The position numbers and the translations under genes are program-made. A DNA stretch of 64,000 nucleotides from Eledone cirrhosa (taxonomy: Eukaryota). The first letter of the stretch is position 1. Every line of letters starts with the position of its first letter. The DNA lies in the NCBI GenBank assembly GCA_964016885.1, contig OZ024742.1, positions 133,486,001 to 133,550,000 of the forward strand, written 5' to 3'. Below are positions 40,994 to 53,540 of the stretch, one piece after another. The notes below the pieces were generated by a model. It searched no databases. It was not told the origin of the DNA and was given only the letters and a program-made list of their open reading frames with translations.

Positions 40994-41403
40994 GAAGAAT
41001 TATTAGTATCCTGGACACTTCTAAGTATATTAAAAAAAACTGGAGAACTTAGCGTGTCTCGCAGACTCACGCCACTAGAAATAGCAGCCGAGTCTACTCG
41101 ACATTTGAATTAGCTCGACGAATTAACGGAGCCGAATATATCACAGGCATATATTGAGTTACAAACTCAAAATAGTCTCTTACAATAAATTAGCTCTAGG
41201 AAAGAGATTTTTCCGAGCCGTATAATATAACTGAACAAAAAAGAAAAACGAACACAGACATATACATATATGTGTTCAAATCGTAAGGGACCAGATTCGC
41301 TAAGGTGAAGAGAATACTAACTATAGACAATAGGGTTTGCCAGACTCAATTTAAGAATAAATCAAGAAAATAAATAAAAACCAGAATTGTGGTAACTACC
41401 AAT

Positions 41404-41481
41404 CCCCCGGACAGTTTTGATAATACAGTTTCGCAATATTAATTGTGAAGAGGAATTCCAAATTCTTTCTCATCAGCGGGT
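41404..41481 (-). ncRNA. Type I hammerhead ribozyme, intact core
   Basis: CCCG-CTGATGA-GAAA...TTGC-GAAA-CTGT ATTATCAAA ACTG-TC|CGGG; GUC cleavage triplet; one mismatch each in stems II and III. Confidence 0.75.
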
Positions 41482-41630
41482 GAAGAATTATTAGTATCCT
41501 AGTCACGTCTAAGTATATTAAATAACTGCAGAACTTAGCGTGTCTCAACCACTAAAAATAGCAGTCGGGTGTATCTGTGTGCGTATGTGTATATGTGTAC
41601 GTGTGTGCATATGTGCATATATATACTTTA

Positions 41631-41750
41631 CAAGCAGGTAATACACACATCTAGGACCACATACAACACACAAGTAGGTAATACACATATCTAGGACTAC
41701 ATACAACACGCAAGCAGGTAATACATACATCTAGGACCACATACAACAAA
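41631..41750. repeat. Minisatellite, 3 x 40 bp
   Basis: CAAGCAGGTAATACACACATCTAGGACCACATACAACACA at 41631, 41671 and 41711. Confidence 0.95.
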
Positions 41751-41830
41751 AGGCAGGCGAAAGGGGTGCACAAACGAGCTACTACCAGAGCAAAAGATAC
41801 CAATATCACGGGGTGCACTGGGAAACGTCT

Positions 41831-42275
41831 CTAATAACTTTTGAGGTAAGCCAGTACACTTGCAGCGTTACCTGGGGTGATGGCGACGCTGGGGTGCTGG
41901 AAAAACCAAGTGCCCTCACGAACATCACCAGTTACCTCTGTTAGACGAGCCGCCAGGGAAGATAAGAATCTCGCAGTCAGTAGCCCGACCTCCCCAAACG
42001 TCTCGAACGCCGCAGGCTTGAAATTGTAGTTAGCTAATAGATCACGGTATTTGGATTTGTTTCTGTTCAGCTGCAGATGATGTGGCTCTCGCCCTTACCA
42101 CTGCATCCAGGATTGGGAAGAAGCAAAACAGTCACTAACTGTGATGTCCCAGACAAGGCATCTGCCTCTTGAGCAGGATCAGATGGTAAGACCGTCAGGT
42201 CTTTCCCATTCTGGACAATCCAGACGGTTTCAAAATTGAGGGGGTGTTTGCACGGACCAAAGCTCTTCAGTAGTA
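41831..42275 (-). mobile_element. 3' fragment of a CRE-like non-LTR retrotransposon (restriction-like endonuclease)
   Basis: Frameshifted translation RPDGLTI*..RGRCLVWDITVSDCFA...KYRDLLANYNFKPAAFETFGEVG...LAARLTEVTGDVREG..FQ..SVAI..GNAASVL; stop at 41831-41833. Confidence 0.85.
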
Positions 42276-42340
42276 ATAGAACAGTGTGTGTATGTGCGCG
42301 CACGTGAGTTTGTCGGCATTCTTAAATTAGAGACCTGCAT

Positions 42341-42375
<35 letters not shown>

Positions 42376-42604
42376 ATTTGTGTGTGTGTCATATATGTGT
42401 GTGTCTGTGTCATATATATATTTGTGTGTGTGTGTGTATCATATATATATTTACGTGTATGTATGTGTCACAGTTTTTAAATTAGAGACATATATGTGTG
42501 TATCCGCTTCCTTCCTTTTACACACATAGACATTAACACAAACACACTTACACATTTTGTGACGGACGGATGGACAGACGTCGCTCCAACTTATATACAC
42601 GTGA

Positions 42605-42955
42605 ATTGAGTTCCACTGAAGCAGCTGGAGAATTTCAAGTATCATGAGTGAGGGAAGGCAGGAGGCTGAATTAAGTGCAAGAATTGCAAAAGCTGATGCA
42701 GTAATGCGCCAGCTCCAGCATTCAGTAATCAGAAAAAGGGAGGTAGGTGTAAAATCAAAACTCGCTGTCTTTCTGGTATTTCTGCCAACCCTCACTGAGG
42801 GTCATGAATCTTGGGTAATGACCGAAAGAATACAATTGAAAATACAAATGGCAGAAATGGGGTTCCTCGGAAGGGTTTTTGGAGTAGCTAGTAGAGCAAC
42901 TACTTCTCCGGAATGAGAGATGGAAGGCAGGAGGCTGCATTAAGTGCAAGAATTA
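42605..42955 (+). mobile_element. RTE-clade LINE fragment (post-RT region)
   Basis: FKY..SEGRQEAELSARIAKADAVMRQL..SVIRKREV..KSKLAVF..PTLT.GHESWVMTER..IQMAEMGFL.RV.G; a ~35-bp segment is re-duplicated at 42920-42954. Confidence 0.85.
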
Positions 42956-43184
42956 CCTGGAAAGAGTATTTGCGGAGGATTCTGTCCCCACGACCTTCTC
43001 AAAAATAAGTGGGCGAAGAAGAAGATATTGTCAATTGACATTTCAATTTACATATCATATCTATAAACATATATATTTGCGCATACAACCCATATTCACA
43101 CTACACATGCTAGCAGAAAACCGCCCGGGGGGCTGTTTTTCTACTAGTCAATAATAAAAATGCCATAACGCACGCAACGGATTC

Positions 43185-43252
43185 TCTATATTAGATGCTG
43201 TCGTGGAAGATGTACAACACCGTACATCTTCCACGACAGCATCTAATATAGA
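43185..43252. repeat. Perfect hairpin, 31-bp arms, 6-nt loop
   Basis: TCTATATTAGATGCTGTCGTGGAAGATGTAC-AACACC-reverse complement. Confidence 0.9.
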
Positions 43253-46200
43253 TTATCCTCTTATATTATATTTATATTTTGTACAGCTAATACTAAATGA
43301 TTAAAACTAACCACACATCAGATTCTACCCTATCCTCACCCTGGAATAAAACGCATAACGCACCATAGCAAATATGAAACTCAGAACAGTACAACCTATC
43401 TCGCATTGCACACCTTTTCTTTATCAAACATACAAAACTCTGAAATAAGTGTATAAACAGCAAGATAAGTGACACACATACACACAATTGTGAGTACTGG
43501 AAGTTAAACATTGCACACACATCAGAATCATTGTGGTAGTGCATCAAGTATAATCTAAAATGTATAACATTTTTGAAAACATTTTCCAAATGGCATGAAC
43601 CACAATTTGGGGTTTACACTTCTACGAAATTTCAAATATATTTCTATAGACACTCGTTATTTCTGAGTGTCTTATGTCTCATGGAATTACAGTTTATTCA
43701 ATTTGCTTGGAAGCAGGTTAAAAGTGAAGTATATTTTGAGACGCAAATAAAACAAATATTCTGCAATTGTTATTTTCAGGATGTGAGTTAAATGATTAAA
43801 CAATCATTTTATTTCAATAGTACTAAACATTTTGCAGATACACTGTTTCATCGATCACCATATTACTGTTGCTCCATTCTCCTATGTAGGAAATGTCAAT
43901 GTTCGTATTACCAGGGTACAGTAAATTTTGCCATTATGCCTGACTATACATTTTAACACATTACATTTACATCGCGCTTAAATCTATAGGAACTGGTTAT
44001 TTCCAGATATCGGTTTTTTATAAGTAGATGATAAATATCACGATAACTGTTTAGCTCAAATACATTTGGCTCTCTGCGATTTTATGGGCAGCGATATGTT
44101 AACTCTCATTCTTTTAACCTACGATTCTCATTCTGAATCTATTGCGGCATTATGCTAATACATGTAGCGAAAATTATAGGAAGGAGCTGCAATTTCTCTC
44201 AAATATATGTGTGTGTAATATTCGGCATTAAGAAATAGCCTGCAATTTCTTTCGGATATCGACATGTAAAGATTTCACCATCATTACGAAAATTAGCATT
44301 TACAATGTTAGCGGTTTGGTCGATTCTTCATTCTCTAGTGAAACGGAAAAACCTCTTGGCTTCTTTAAAAATTAGAAAAAGAAATAGTTTCAATATGAAA
44401 GAATTGAAGAGCATGTCTTGTAAATTTATTTCATTTATGAAATCATATTTCCAGAAATAGATTTTGTTTCGAAACCAAGATATCCGTGGTTCCCTGACAC
44501 AACATGGATAACGGAACATCAGTTACATCCATCACTCTACAGACACTATATACTCCGGCATCACGTTGTGGTAAATTATGGATTATATTATGTGAAATAG
44601 AATATGTGGAATAAATGAAAACGGAAAAGGTATTTTATTATATTATGGTTGGTATTCTTTAACAGTGGATAGGTTTTATGTGCCAATGTGATCATTGCCA
44701 TATATTAATAAATTACACGACACAATATCTATTGATAAATAATAGAATGAAACGAATCAATGAGTATCAATCCTCACTTACAAAATATACGTTTAAGGAA
44801 CTATTCTATGAATATGTATTCACATAATATGTATGAGTGGTGTTAATTCTTCTCGTACCAGATCTGAAAGAGAAGGCATATGAAGTTATTTTACACACAA
44901 TCTATCTTGAAAATCTATCTATCGAATTTGATCTGTGGTCGACTGGTTTTGACCCGCAAATTCTAATCGAACAGGAAAATGATCCCAAGCTGGCTCGCAA
45001 ATATAATTGAGAGAAAGTTATTGAAATATACAGAAAGGAATTACTTATTTACCGTATTAATCCTTATTTAAATATATAATATCAAGTAAACTAACATCCA
45101 CGTTTACCTGAGATTACATCTAAATAACAAAAACATTGGTCGTTATACTGGATATTATAGTCGTAGGTATGTCTAAAATTATAGGACAGCCACCGACCAA
45201 GGTTATCTATGAAGAACTAGATATTTAGGTTTAACTATTTGTATTCCAGCTTTAGCTTTTCTTGAAAAATACACGTGTGTTAACATCTTACTATCATTGC
45301 AACACGCAGATACATTTACACTGCGTACAAAGGCGGCCAAATGTCTCTATTCTATTAGCGTTAGACATTTCATTTAAGCCAGAAGGATGAAATTCATATT
45401 AAACATTTATTATTTTTTTTTACAAATGGCGTATAGACGCATGTACTGAAATACAAAACATACTAATGAATATAAGACAAAGGAAATGAAAAGAAGAAAA
45501 AAAAATAATCAAACAATGAAATAAAGGGAGAGGGAGAAATACACTACACACGGTCTGAGCGGTGATTCATCTGCATCGCGCAGACAAAAGAGGAAAGGCA
45601 TTACTGCAGAGAATGGTCAGAGACACTGGTTGCAGCTGCAACACCACCTCACGGGGAAACTTCGTCAAGCGGACCGCCGTCTTACCGATACTAGGGGAAA
45701 AATCAGTCGTGCGGAGGCTAAGGACGCCAGAAATCTCAATGGAGACTTTAACAAAGAGGAAGCGGTCGGTCAGGAAACGTGTATTTAAGTATTCAACATT
45801 AACAGCGTTGACCCCAGTGCAGACATATAATTCACTAAATACAGCAAGATACTGAGTTCACTATTTATCAAAGATTAAAATAAAGCAAAACTATTAAGAA
45901 GGAATAATATTTAATGCGCTGTTAATTTTCAATAACATTAATACCGACAGGGAGTGTGCTGAGAAAAAGAGGTAAACTTAAATAAACTATATCATTTTAC
46001 AATTGTAATCAGAAATACGATGTGAGCTATATATAAAAAGTTGAACGTTCATGTTTATATGCACACATGCCTACATGAGCAATTCTGTATATTTATATGA
46101 ATAGGAAAATATTCAAATTAAATTACTATACAAAGATGACGAGTATCATTTTCAACAAACACGAAAATCGATATATACAAACTTTCTCTCTATCTCTCTC

Positions 46201-46422
46201 TCTCTCTCACATATATATTCATATATGTTTGCATGCTTCGTCCATTAGTCGTGTTTTTACAGGTCGTTTTATTATGTTTGTTATCCATGAGTATAAATTC
46301 ACTCCGCGCACACACACACAGACACACACACACATAGACACACACACACACATATAGATATATAAACACACAGAGACTCACAGACATATATATATATATA
46401 TATATATATGTTTGTGTGTGTG

Positions 46423-46458
<36 letters not shown>

Positions 46459-46924
46459 GATGTTTAGAGTGCCAGTAATAAACATACAACACACACATGC
46501 ACAGACGCACACAAACATACATAAACACAAACAGAATTTATTTTATTTTCGTTAGAATATACAAACTCAGCCGCATATATACACTATTACGCTGCCATAA
46601 AGTAAAATTAAAGCATTGTACTAATACAGAAATAAAGAAAAAAAATATATAATCAATAATTAAAATGCATTATTGAAGACAACAAAGTTCGGGAATTAAT
46701 TAACATCATAGTAAATTAGCACCGAATAGATAACGTTACATCTCCTCAGATTGGAATCAAGATCAGTGACTTTATTTAATTACTTTCAGACTAAAGATTA
46801 CAGACGATTGGCTTGACACAATTATCTCCATCCAACCATCACGTTTACCGCTATCTCCAACAGCACCACTACTTCAATTGCGTTACCTCTCTAGTATATA
46901 TTTAGAACTTGAATTTAAAAATTG

Positions 46925-47310
<386 letters not shown>

Positions 47311-48714
47311 AATGTTTACTGTTAGCAGCTGGAAGATAACTAAATAGAGAAAACAGAATATGTGTGGCTTCCTAAAGGCGTTTGTAGACTAATTTTCTGA
47401 CAATGCGGCATTTTGTCTGCAGTGCTAGTTTTACCCTTATACAAATCATTGTTAATAGGTATGATAATGATTCTTAACACTATTACATTGAAACATGTCT
47501 TTGTAGTATACATAGTTAATTACATATAATATCTATCACTTATCTATCAATAATAGGATTTTTTTTGTATAATCTGCACACGGATACTTCTCTCATTTAC
47601 CACGTATAATTAGACAGAAAGAACATTTTTTAGTTTCTTTGTCTCATAAAAAACACACTTAGCTTCCTTACCATGTATCTTGTTTTGTTTTTTTATTATT
47701 TGTTACTACCAATTTTCTTAGAAGTATATATTAAAATTTTGTTAAACTATTTTTTCAGTTTTTAAATTAGGTATTCATTCAACAGAGGTTTTGGGGGATA
47801 GATACAATAATGGTTTCTATATAAGACTCTAATAAACCCAGGAAAACAATAATATATAAAAGCAAAAACAAAATCGTATTACGTTTGACAATTATTATAA
47901 CATGCATTGTTCAACGGAAACATAATTATACAGATTTGAAATAATACAGGTAAATATACATTAAATTTCAACAAAACATCTATATATAATTTGCAGGCAT
48001 TGAAAGCCGAACTAAACAAAGGTGGATGTTTCAATCCTCAAGTGGAAAAATTAAAAACGCGAGGAGTGATATGACAGAAAGCATATTTGCCTTTTCATGT
48101 GACATCTAAGAAAGATGTAAGTTAATAACTAGTCACTAAATGACTTTATATATGCTACCATGCCTAGAGTAGGATCTATAGAGCTGTTCATTGATATTCC
48201 CATAGGAAGAAGCACAGAAATGGTGTTGTAATTGAGGTACACTTTATTAAACCAGTATATATGAGGAAATGCTCTGGTAGATAGCAACGTGAAGCACAAA
48301 ATGAAACGGGGATGGAAGGGTTCTGCATAAACAGGCAAATCCGAGACAAAGATTATATAAGAGTTGTGAACTAGTGTGTGGTCAGAAAGGAAAACCCTCA
48401 TGTCAGGCTCTTATATTTTAAGCATTTTTTTTGTCAATTTAATGTCAATGAAATATCAATTTTGTGTAATTTTTTATAATCTGATATACACAATTTTGCT
48501 ATTCACCTATTGTTTTCCAGATTTCTCTTAGTATAAAGGCACGTGTATAATAATAATGCATGTTTTGTAAGAATGCATATAATCATGTTACAAGTATATA
48601 CAAAAGAAAATATAGAAAAGGGTATCATTCAAATAGGAAGATGCTAGAAAGTAACACGTTCTGACTAGCGTCGACTCACTAAACAAACACTTAGAAGCAA
48701 ACACACACACACTG

Positions 48715-48768
<54 letters not shown>

Positions 48769-48959
48769 CAAGAAAGAAGAGTGACACGGTTTTCTATATA
48801 ATAAGGGCTTTAATCACTTTGCTGAAACGCCTTGTTGAGTCAAACTTAGCCAAGCGTTGATACCATCCACTACTCGGAGTACCATAACTGGACTACACCT
48901 AAGAGGACTACCTATAACAATAATCTGTTATCCCGTATATATATATATATATATATATA

Positions 48960-49284
48960 CGGTTGTACCCCGGTATTCGCGGTGTTTACGTTCTTAGATC
49001 ACCCATGAAGAGTGAAAAACCGCGAATATTATACGTGGTCCATAAAAAAAGCCCATAGACGTCAGAACTTCAGGTAAAATATAGGCCGGCAAATGCTGAA
49101 TATTATTATTGATAATTTAGAGTTAAAACCGTGAACAAAAATATATTACCAGGATAAAACCCATTAACATATCGCGGAAGATATTTATGATTCTACGAAT
49201 ATGCGATGGTTTCCACGAAGAATTATTGGTTAGGTTCTAAGGAAAATTCTGGGAATTACCGGGACCGCGAATGCCTGGGGTACA

Positions 49285-49287
<3 letters not shown>
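48960..49287. mobile_element. pogo/Tigger-type (Tc1/mariner superfamily) MITE
   Basis: TA|CGGTTGTACCCCGGTATTCGCGG ... CCGCGAATGCCTGGGGTACACTG|TA imperfect TIRs, inserted in (TA)n. Confidence 0.75.
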
Positions 49288-49331
<44 letters not shown>

Positions 49332-49344
49332 TGTATATATAGTT

Positions 49345-49442
49345 TATTTTGCAATACACTGTATGCTTAATTAAAAGCATTTCGAAGACTTTTAAATGTC
49401 TTCGAAATGCTTTTAATTATGTATACAGTGTATTGCAAAATA
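49345..49442. repeat. Near-perfect hairpin, ~45-bp arms
   Basis: TATTTTGCAATACACTGTAT...TTCGAAGAC / GTCTTCGAA...ATACAGTGTATTGCAAAATA. Confidence 0.85.
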
Positions 49443-52400
49443 CACTATATATACATTCATATATATATCGCTATTTCAGAGCACCAATTCTAATATATAT
49501 ATATATATTCGAAAACATATATTACATACGAAAATATATACAAAGCGTAACGCCTTCATTCCCAATAAACAACAAGATTTAATATAAAAAGGATATACGT
49601 GGGAATAGAATATTATAATGACTCTAATGTTTTGATCGAAAAATTAATTTGACTTTAAATGCACATGATCAACATCACTTAACAAATTATTGTGTAATTA
49701 TCCAATGAACATTATGATAACATCTATTATAGACAGTGCAAACATAATGAGAAATTTTATTTTTTAACATTATTTCTTCCTATCCATTTATCATATATCC
49801 CCACACGTATGGTGAGATATCGATACTCATGGCCGTTCAAACTGAGAAGTAGTATAAAAATCTAACAGACAAAGATTATGACAAGAGCGTTGTTAGAATC
49901 ATTTGACATTTTTCGTCTAGAAATGGTTATCAAGGAATTGATCAATTTTATTTATATATACTGATGGACATCTTGATCATTTCAACTTAAAATATAGTTA
50001 GAAACATATGTGGAAACTGTCAAATTTCAATGACATTAATATTTAAATAAGAACAGTGTGGTGATAACAATCAAGAATAATAGCAACTATATTTATAAGT
50101 CGAGATAAAATTATATGAGGAAATTATAAAACAACAACTAGTATTAAAACGTTGCCCACAACTCACCAAAGCCCACAACGTGACATGAAATATTCAATGC
50201 AAATCGGAAGCTCAGTCCGTGTGCCCAGTTCCAAAAAACATGAAGCCCATGCAAACGTTTCCTGAGAAAGTAACACAGCACACACCATTTTATGTTTGAT
50301 GCCAGGATTGAAAACCTTCACAGCTCACACTATGCACATTTACTGACTGACAAATAGTGGTCTTATGCAAAGCATACGCAATAAAACACCCAAGAATATC
50401 GCGCTTCTCCTGGAGGAAACTAGATAAAATTCCACAACAAACCATACTTGATGTGTTATACAAATCTACTCCCCAAACAAAATGCCTACACAATTTAAAG
50501 AGCAATGATAATGTTACAGATACATTACGTGACGTTATGTTACTCAATGTGTCTTGTGAAACAAACAAAAAGAAAAAAGAAAAAGAAAACGAACAGGAAC
50601 ATATTAGGACCTGATCTATTGAGAAAGTGCTGGCTACTATAAGTATAAGATCCAGAGACTATTCTGGGAACCTGAAATATGAATGTAGATCTCTGAAGCG
50701 CTAAATTAAATTACAAGTGTCATCCCTCACTTTCATGCAGATTACAGAAACTCGTCCACCGACCAAGAACACCAAATCGATAATATGAATATCGGAGAAA
50801 GATTTCACAATAGAAATTCAGAATATGCAAATTCTATATATAATAAATTATTAAACGTATAAAAATTAAAACAAAAACCAATTTGGTAAGATATATCACC
50901 ATGAGTCAGCGATAAGATCGTAAGAAATTAAAATACTCAAATCCGGTGAACATAGAGAACATTGGCATAAAAAATATCACGACATTAGCAAAAGAGTTTT
51001 AATGTGATATTTCCCTGCCGACACACGTGCAACATTGTGACCTGTATAAAACGCTTCATACCCACAATGTGTTCCTATTTTTCATAATATGTTAAGGCTG
51101 GGTACTTTTACTGATTTAACTCTTTCAGTCACATGATACATACAACATACTGGGATGAAGTCTACCCTTACTAAAGCTGGCACAGGCAGCTAGAATACTC
51201 CCACAATAAATATAATAACATATAGAAGGAAATATGCGTCCTCCGGAGTAGCAATCTGCATTAGTATTCTCTTGCATCTATTAATACAGGAATATCTATT
51301 AATACAGGAATATCATTACAAAACAAAATTGCAGCCACAGCAAATATAAAAACCCTTTAGAAACATATGGAAATTAGAATCGATATAAGATAGAATGTAT
51401 AGGAGAAAACAAAAACTACAACAAAAACCATAACCAACTAACCGGAAAGGATAAAAGAACAGATGGTACAGAAACACTAAGTATACAATAACCAAAAATA
51501 ATGCAACAGATCATTGGTAAATCAGGAAGAATCAGTCATTATGAAAACTGACATCGGTTCTAGAGCAAGTAAAAGGTATGGCTTAACAGAAATCAATGCA
51601 ACGTAAAGAAAACATGCACTAGAAGAACTTCTGTGGAATGATAAGAACATCGATGTGTTCGCCAGACATGAATGTTCAAACCAAGTACAATATTTGAACT
51701 ATCATAATAGGTCATATCATATGAAGCTGCAGATCAAACGGTACAAACAATGATGAAATGGTACACAAAAATAAGTTAGAAAACTTAATATTATTTAACA
51801 TGCACACATAAATAGCTGCCAAAATATTTCATTACATATTGGGAGGGCCAAATATATCAATTTTAAAGCTCTTTGCTGGAAAACAAATATCGTAATAATT
51901 GGTCATATAGAATAACCTAAAAGCCCACCAAAATTACCTATCGATTACACAGTCTTACGTATGATAGAGAAGATAAAGGATAATTACCAAAAGAAAAAGA
52001 AATCATTTATATTTTTAGCGTAATAGATTCTGGAATCGCTTTTATTTAAATATTCCGTTCACTATTACATAAAATTCATGTTATATATCTAGTTTTCGCC
52101 CATTCATTTTTCATTAAAATGTATTCATACACATACAGAACAACACATAGAAAACCTTAGCTCAATCATCAAAAATATATTATTGGTTTATATGAATTCA
52201 TTAATTAGACCTGCAATAAATAGTACTAGAGCTATGTGAAATGATGTGTGGTGATCCATCAGGAATGGAATGCATGAACTTAAGTGTGCCGAACACCCTA
52301 ACCCTCGCACCCGCAGGTTTTATTGCATACACAGTTGTAAACCTGTATCGAAGTGTGTCTATCGGATATTTGTGTATTACATAGCACTTGCAAGTGTTGT

Positions 52401-53157
52401 GGGTCTTAAAATACAACGGATATTTTGCACTTAAATTAAGGTATCATTTAATGGTGTGTATGTGTTTTGCATATAACATTTCCGTGAAAGGTGCATCATT
52501 ATTGTGACATGCTGAACAACACTGGAAGCAGTTCTTATTAAAGTAAGTTGTACAGAGTTTTTACTTCTAAAACATCAAAATAATCATTAGTTGTCATCAT
52601 CTAATAACAAAGGTCAATTTTATAAAATGATGTGGATTGTTATTATATTAGCAATATACATTTTAATCAATATAACAATTGGTGGATTAGTAGAATGAGT
52701 GGAGTTTCGGAGACATTTCTAGGCGATAATTAATGAAATTGTTATACTTTGGGAGGGTTATGTTGCTAAACAAATTAATGAAATGTTTTCTCATATTTTA
52801 TGGTCAATAAGTCTTAGAACCATTCAAGTACTTGACATGACATTTGTGGAAACCCTTCCAGGATGACCTCCAACAAAATGTTTGGTTTTGGTCATGTCAA
52901 GGATGAAGCTATACTCGCAACGCTTGACCAATTGCGTGCGAGGTTATTAAACCTATAGTTGCGGTGGATAGCCGTTGCCTCTTTTGTATGGATTTAGTAT
53001 CATCCGAAATAACACAAAGAAAAATAGATCCTTTTTATTGTTTTATATCCAGTGGAACTTAGAACCTCGATGTGTATTTGAAAAACTAGAGAACTATTAC
53101 TATGAATATTTACAAAATTATTAGAGATAAACTTTATTTCACTGTAGCTGATTGTGA

Positions 53158-53268
53158 TAATTGTTTCTACTTTTGGCACAAGGCCAGCAATTACCCAGTT
53201 CATTACTGCTACTTTATTTTATCGACCTGGTAAGGATGAAAGGCAAAGTTAACCTCGACGGGATTTGA
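53158..53268 (-). mobile_element. SINE family A, 5'-truncated
   Basis: Reverse complement of core and tail. Confidence 0.85.
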
Positions 53269-53540
53269 TAGCCTCTTAGTTTTGTTACTATGTCATATAG
53301 ATCTATATATTAAATTTTTGTTTTTGATTTTCCCTTAATCTCCTTTTAGCATCGTAAGTTTTATTGTTCTAATGACGTTGTTTTTTATATCTTGCTGTCT
53401 TAATTGATGTTGGGGATATATAGGTGTGTTATGTTGCTGTAGCCTTTACTTGATATCGAGTTTATGTAGTTATTTTTGTTTTTATCATAATACAGCAATA
53501 TATCGGCGGCTACAAATACGTTCAAATAAATCTAGTAAAA

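Larger units (their letters stand above)
40763..41573 (-). mobile_element. Two ~330-bp direct repeats, each carrying a hammerhead (retrozyme-like or Penelope pLTR pair)
   Basis: 40763-41096 and 41235-41573 align along their length with substitutions and small indels; ~140-bp unique spacer. Confidence 0.8.

Noticed and set aside
49700-52000. A-rich, coding-like decayed region, possibly LTR integrase
   Set aside because: Motif echoes are weak and out of the expected order.
52201-52416. Short ORF as a candidate host exon (also 48129-48401 and 45562-45855)
   Set aside because: No recognisable domain or convincing splice-site pair; needs BLASTX or RNA-seq.
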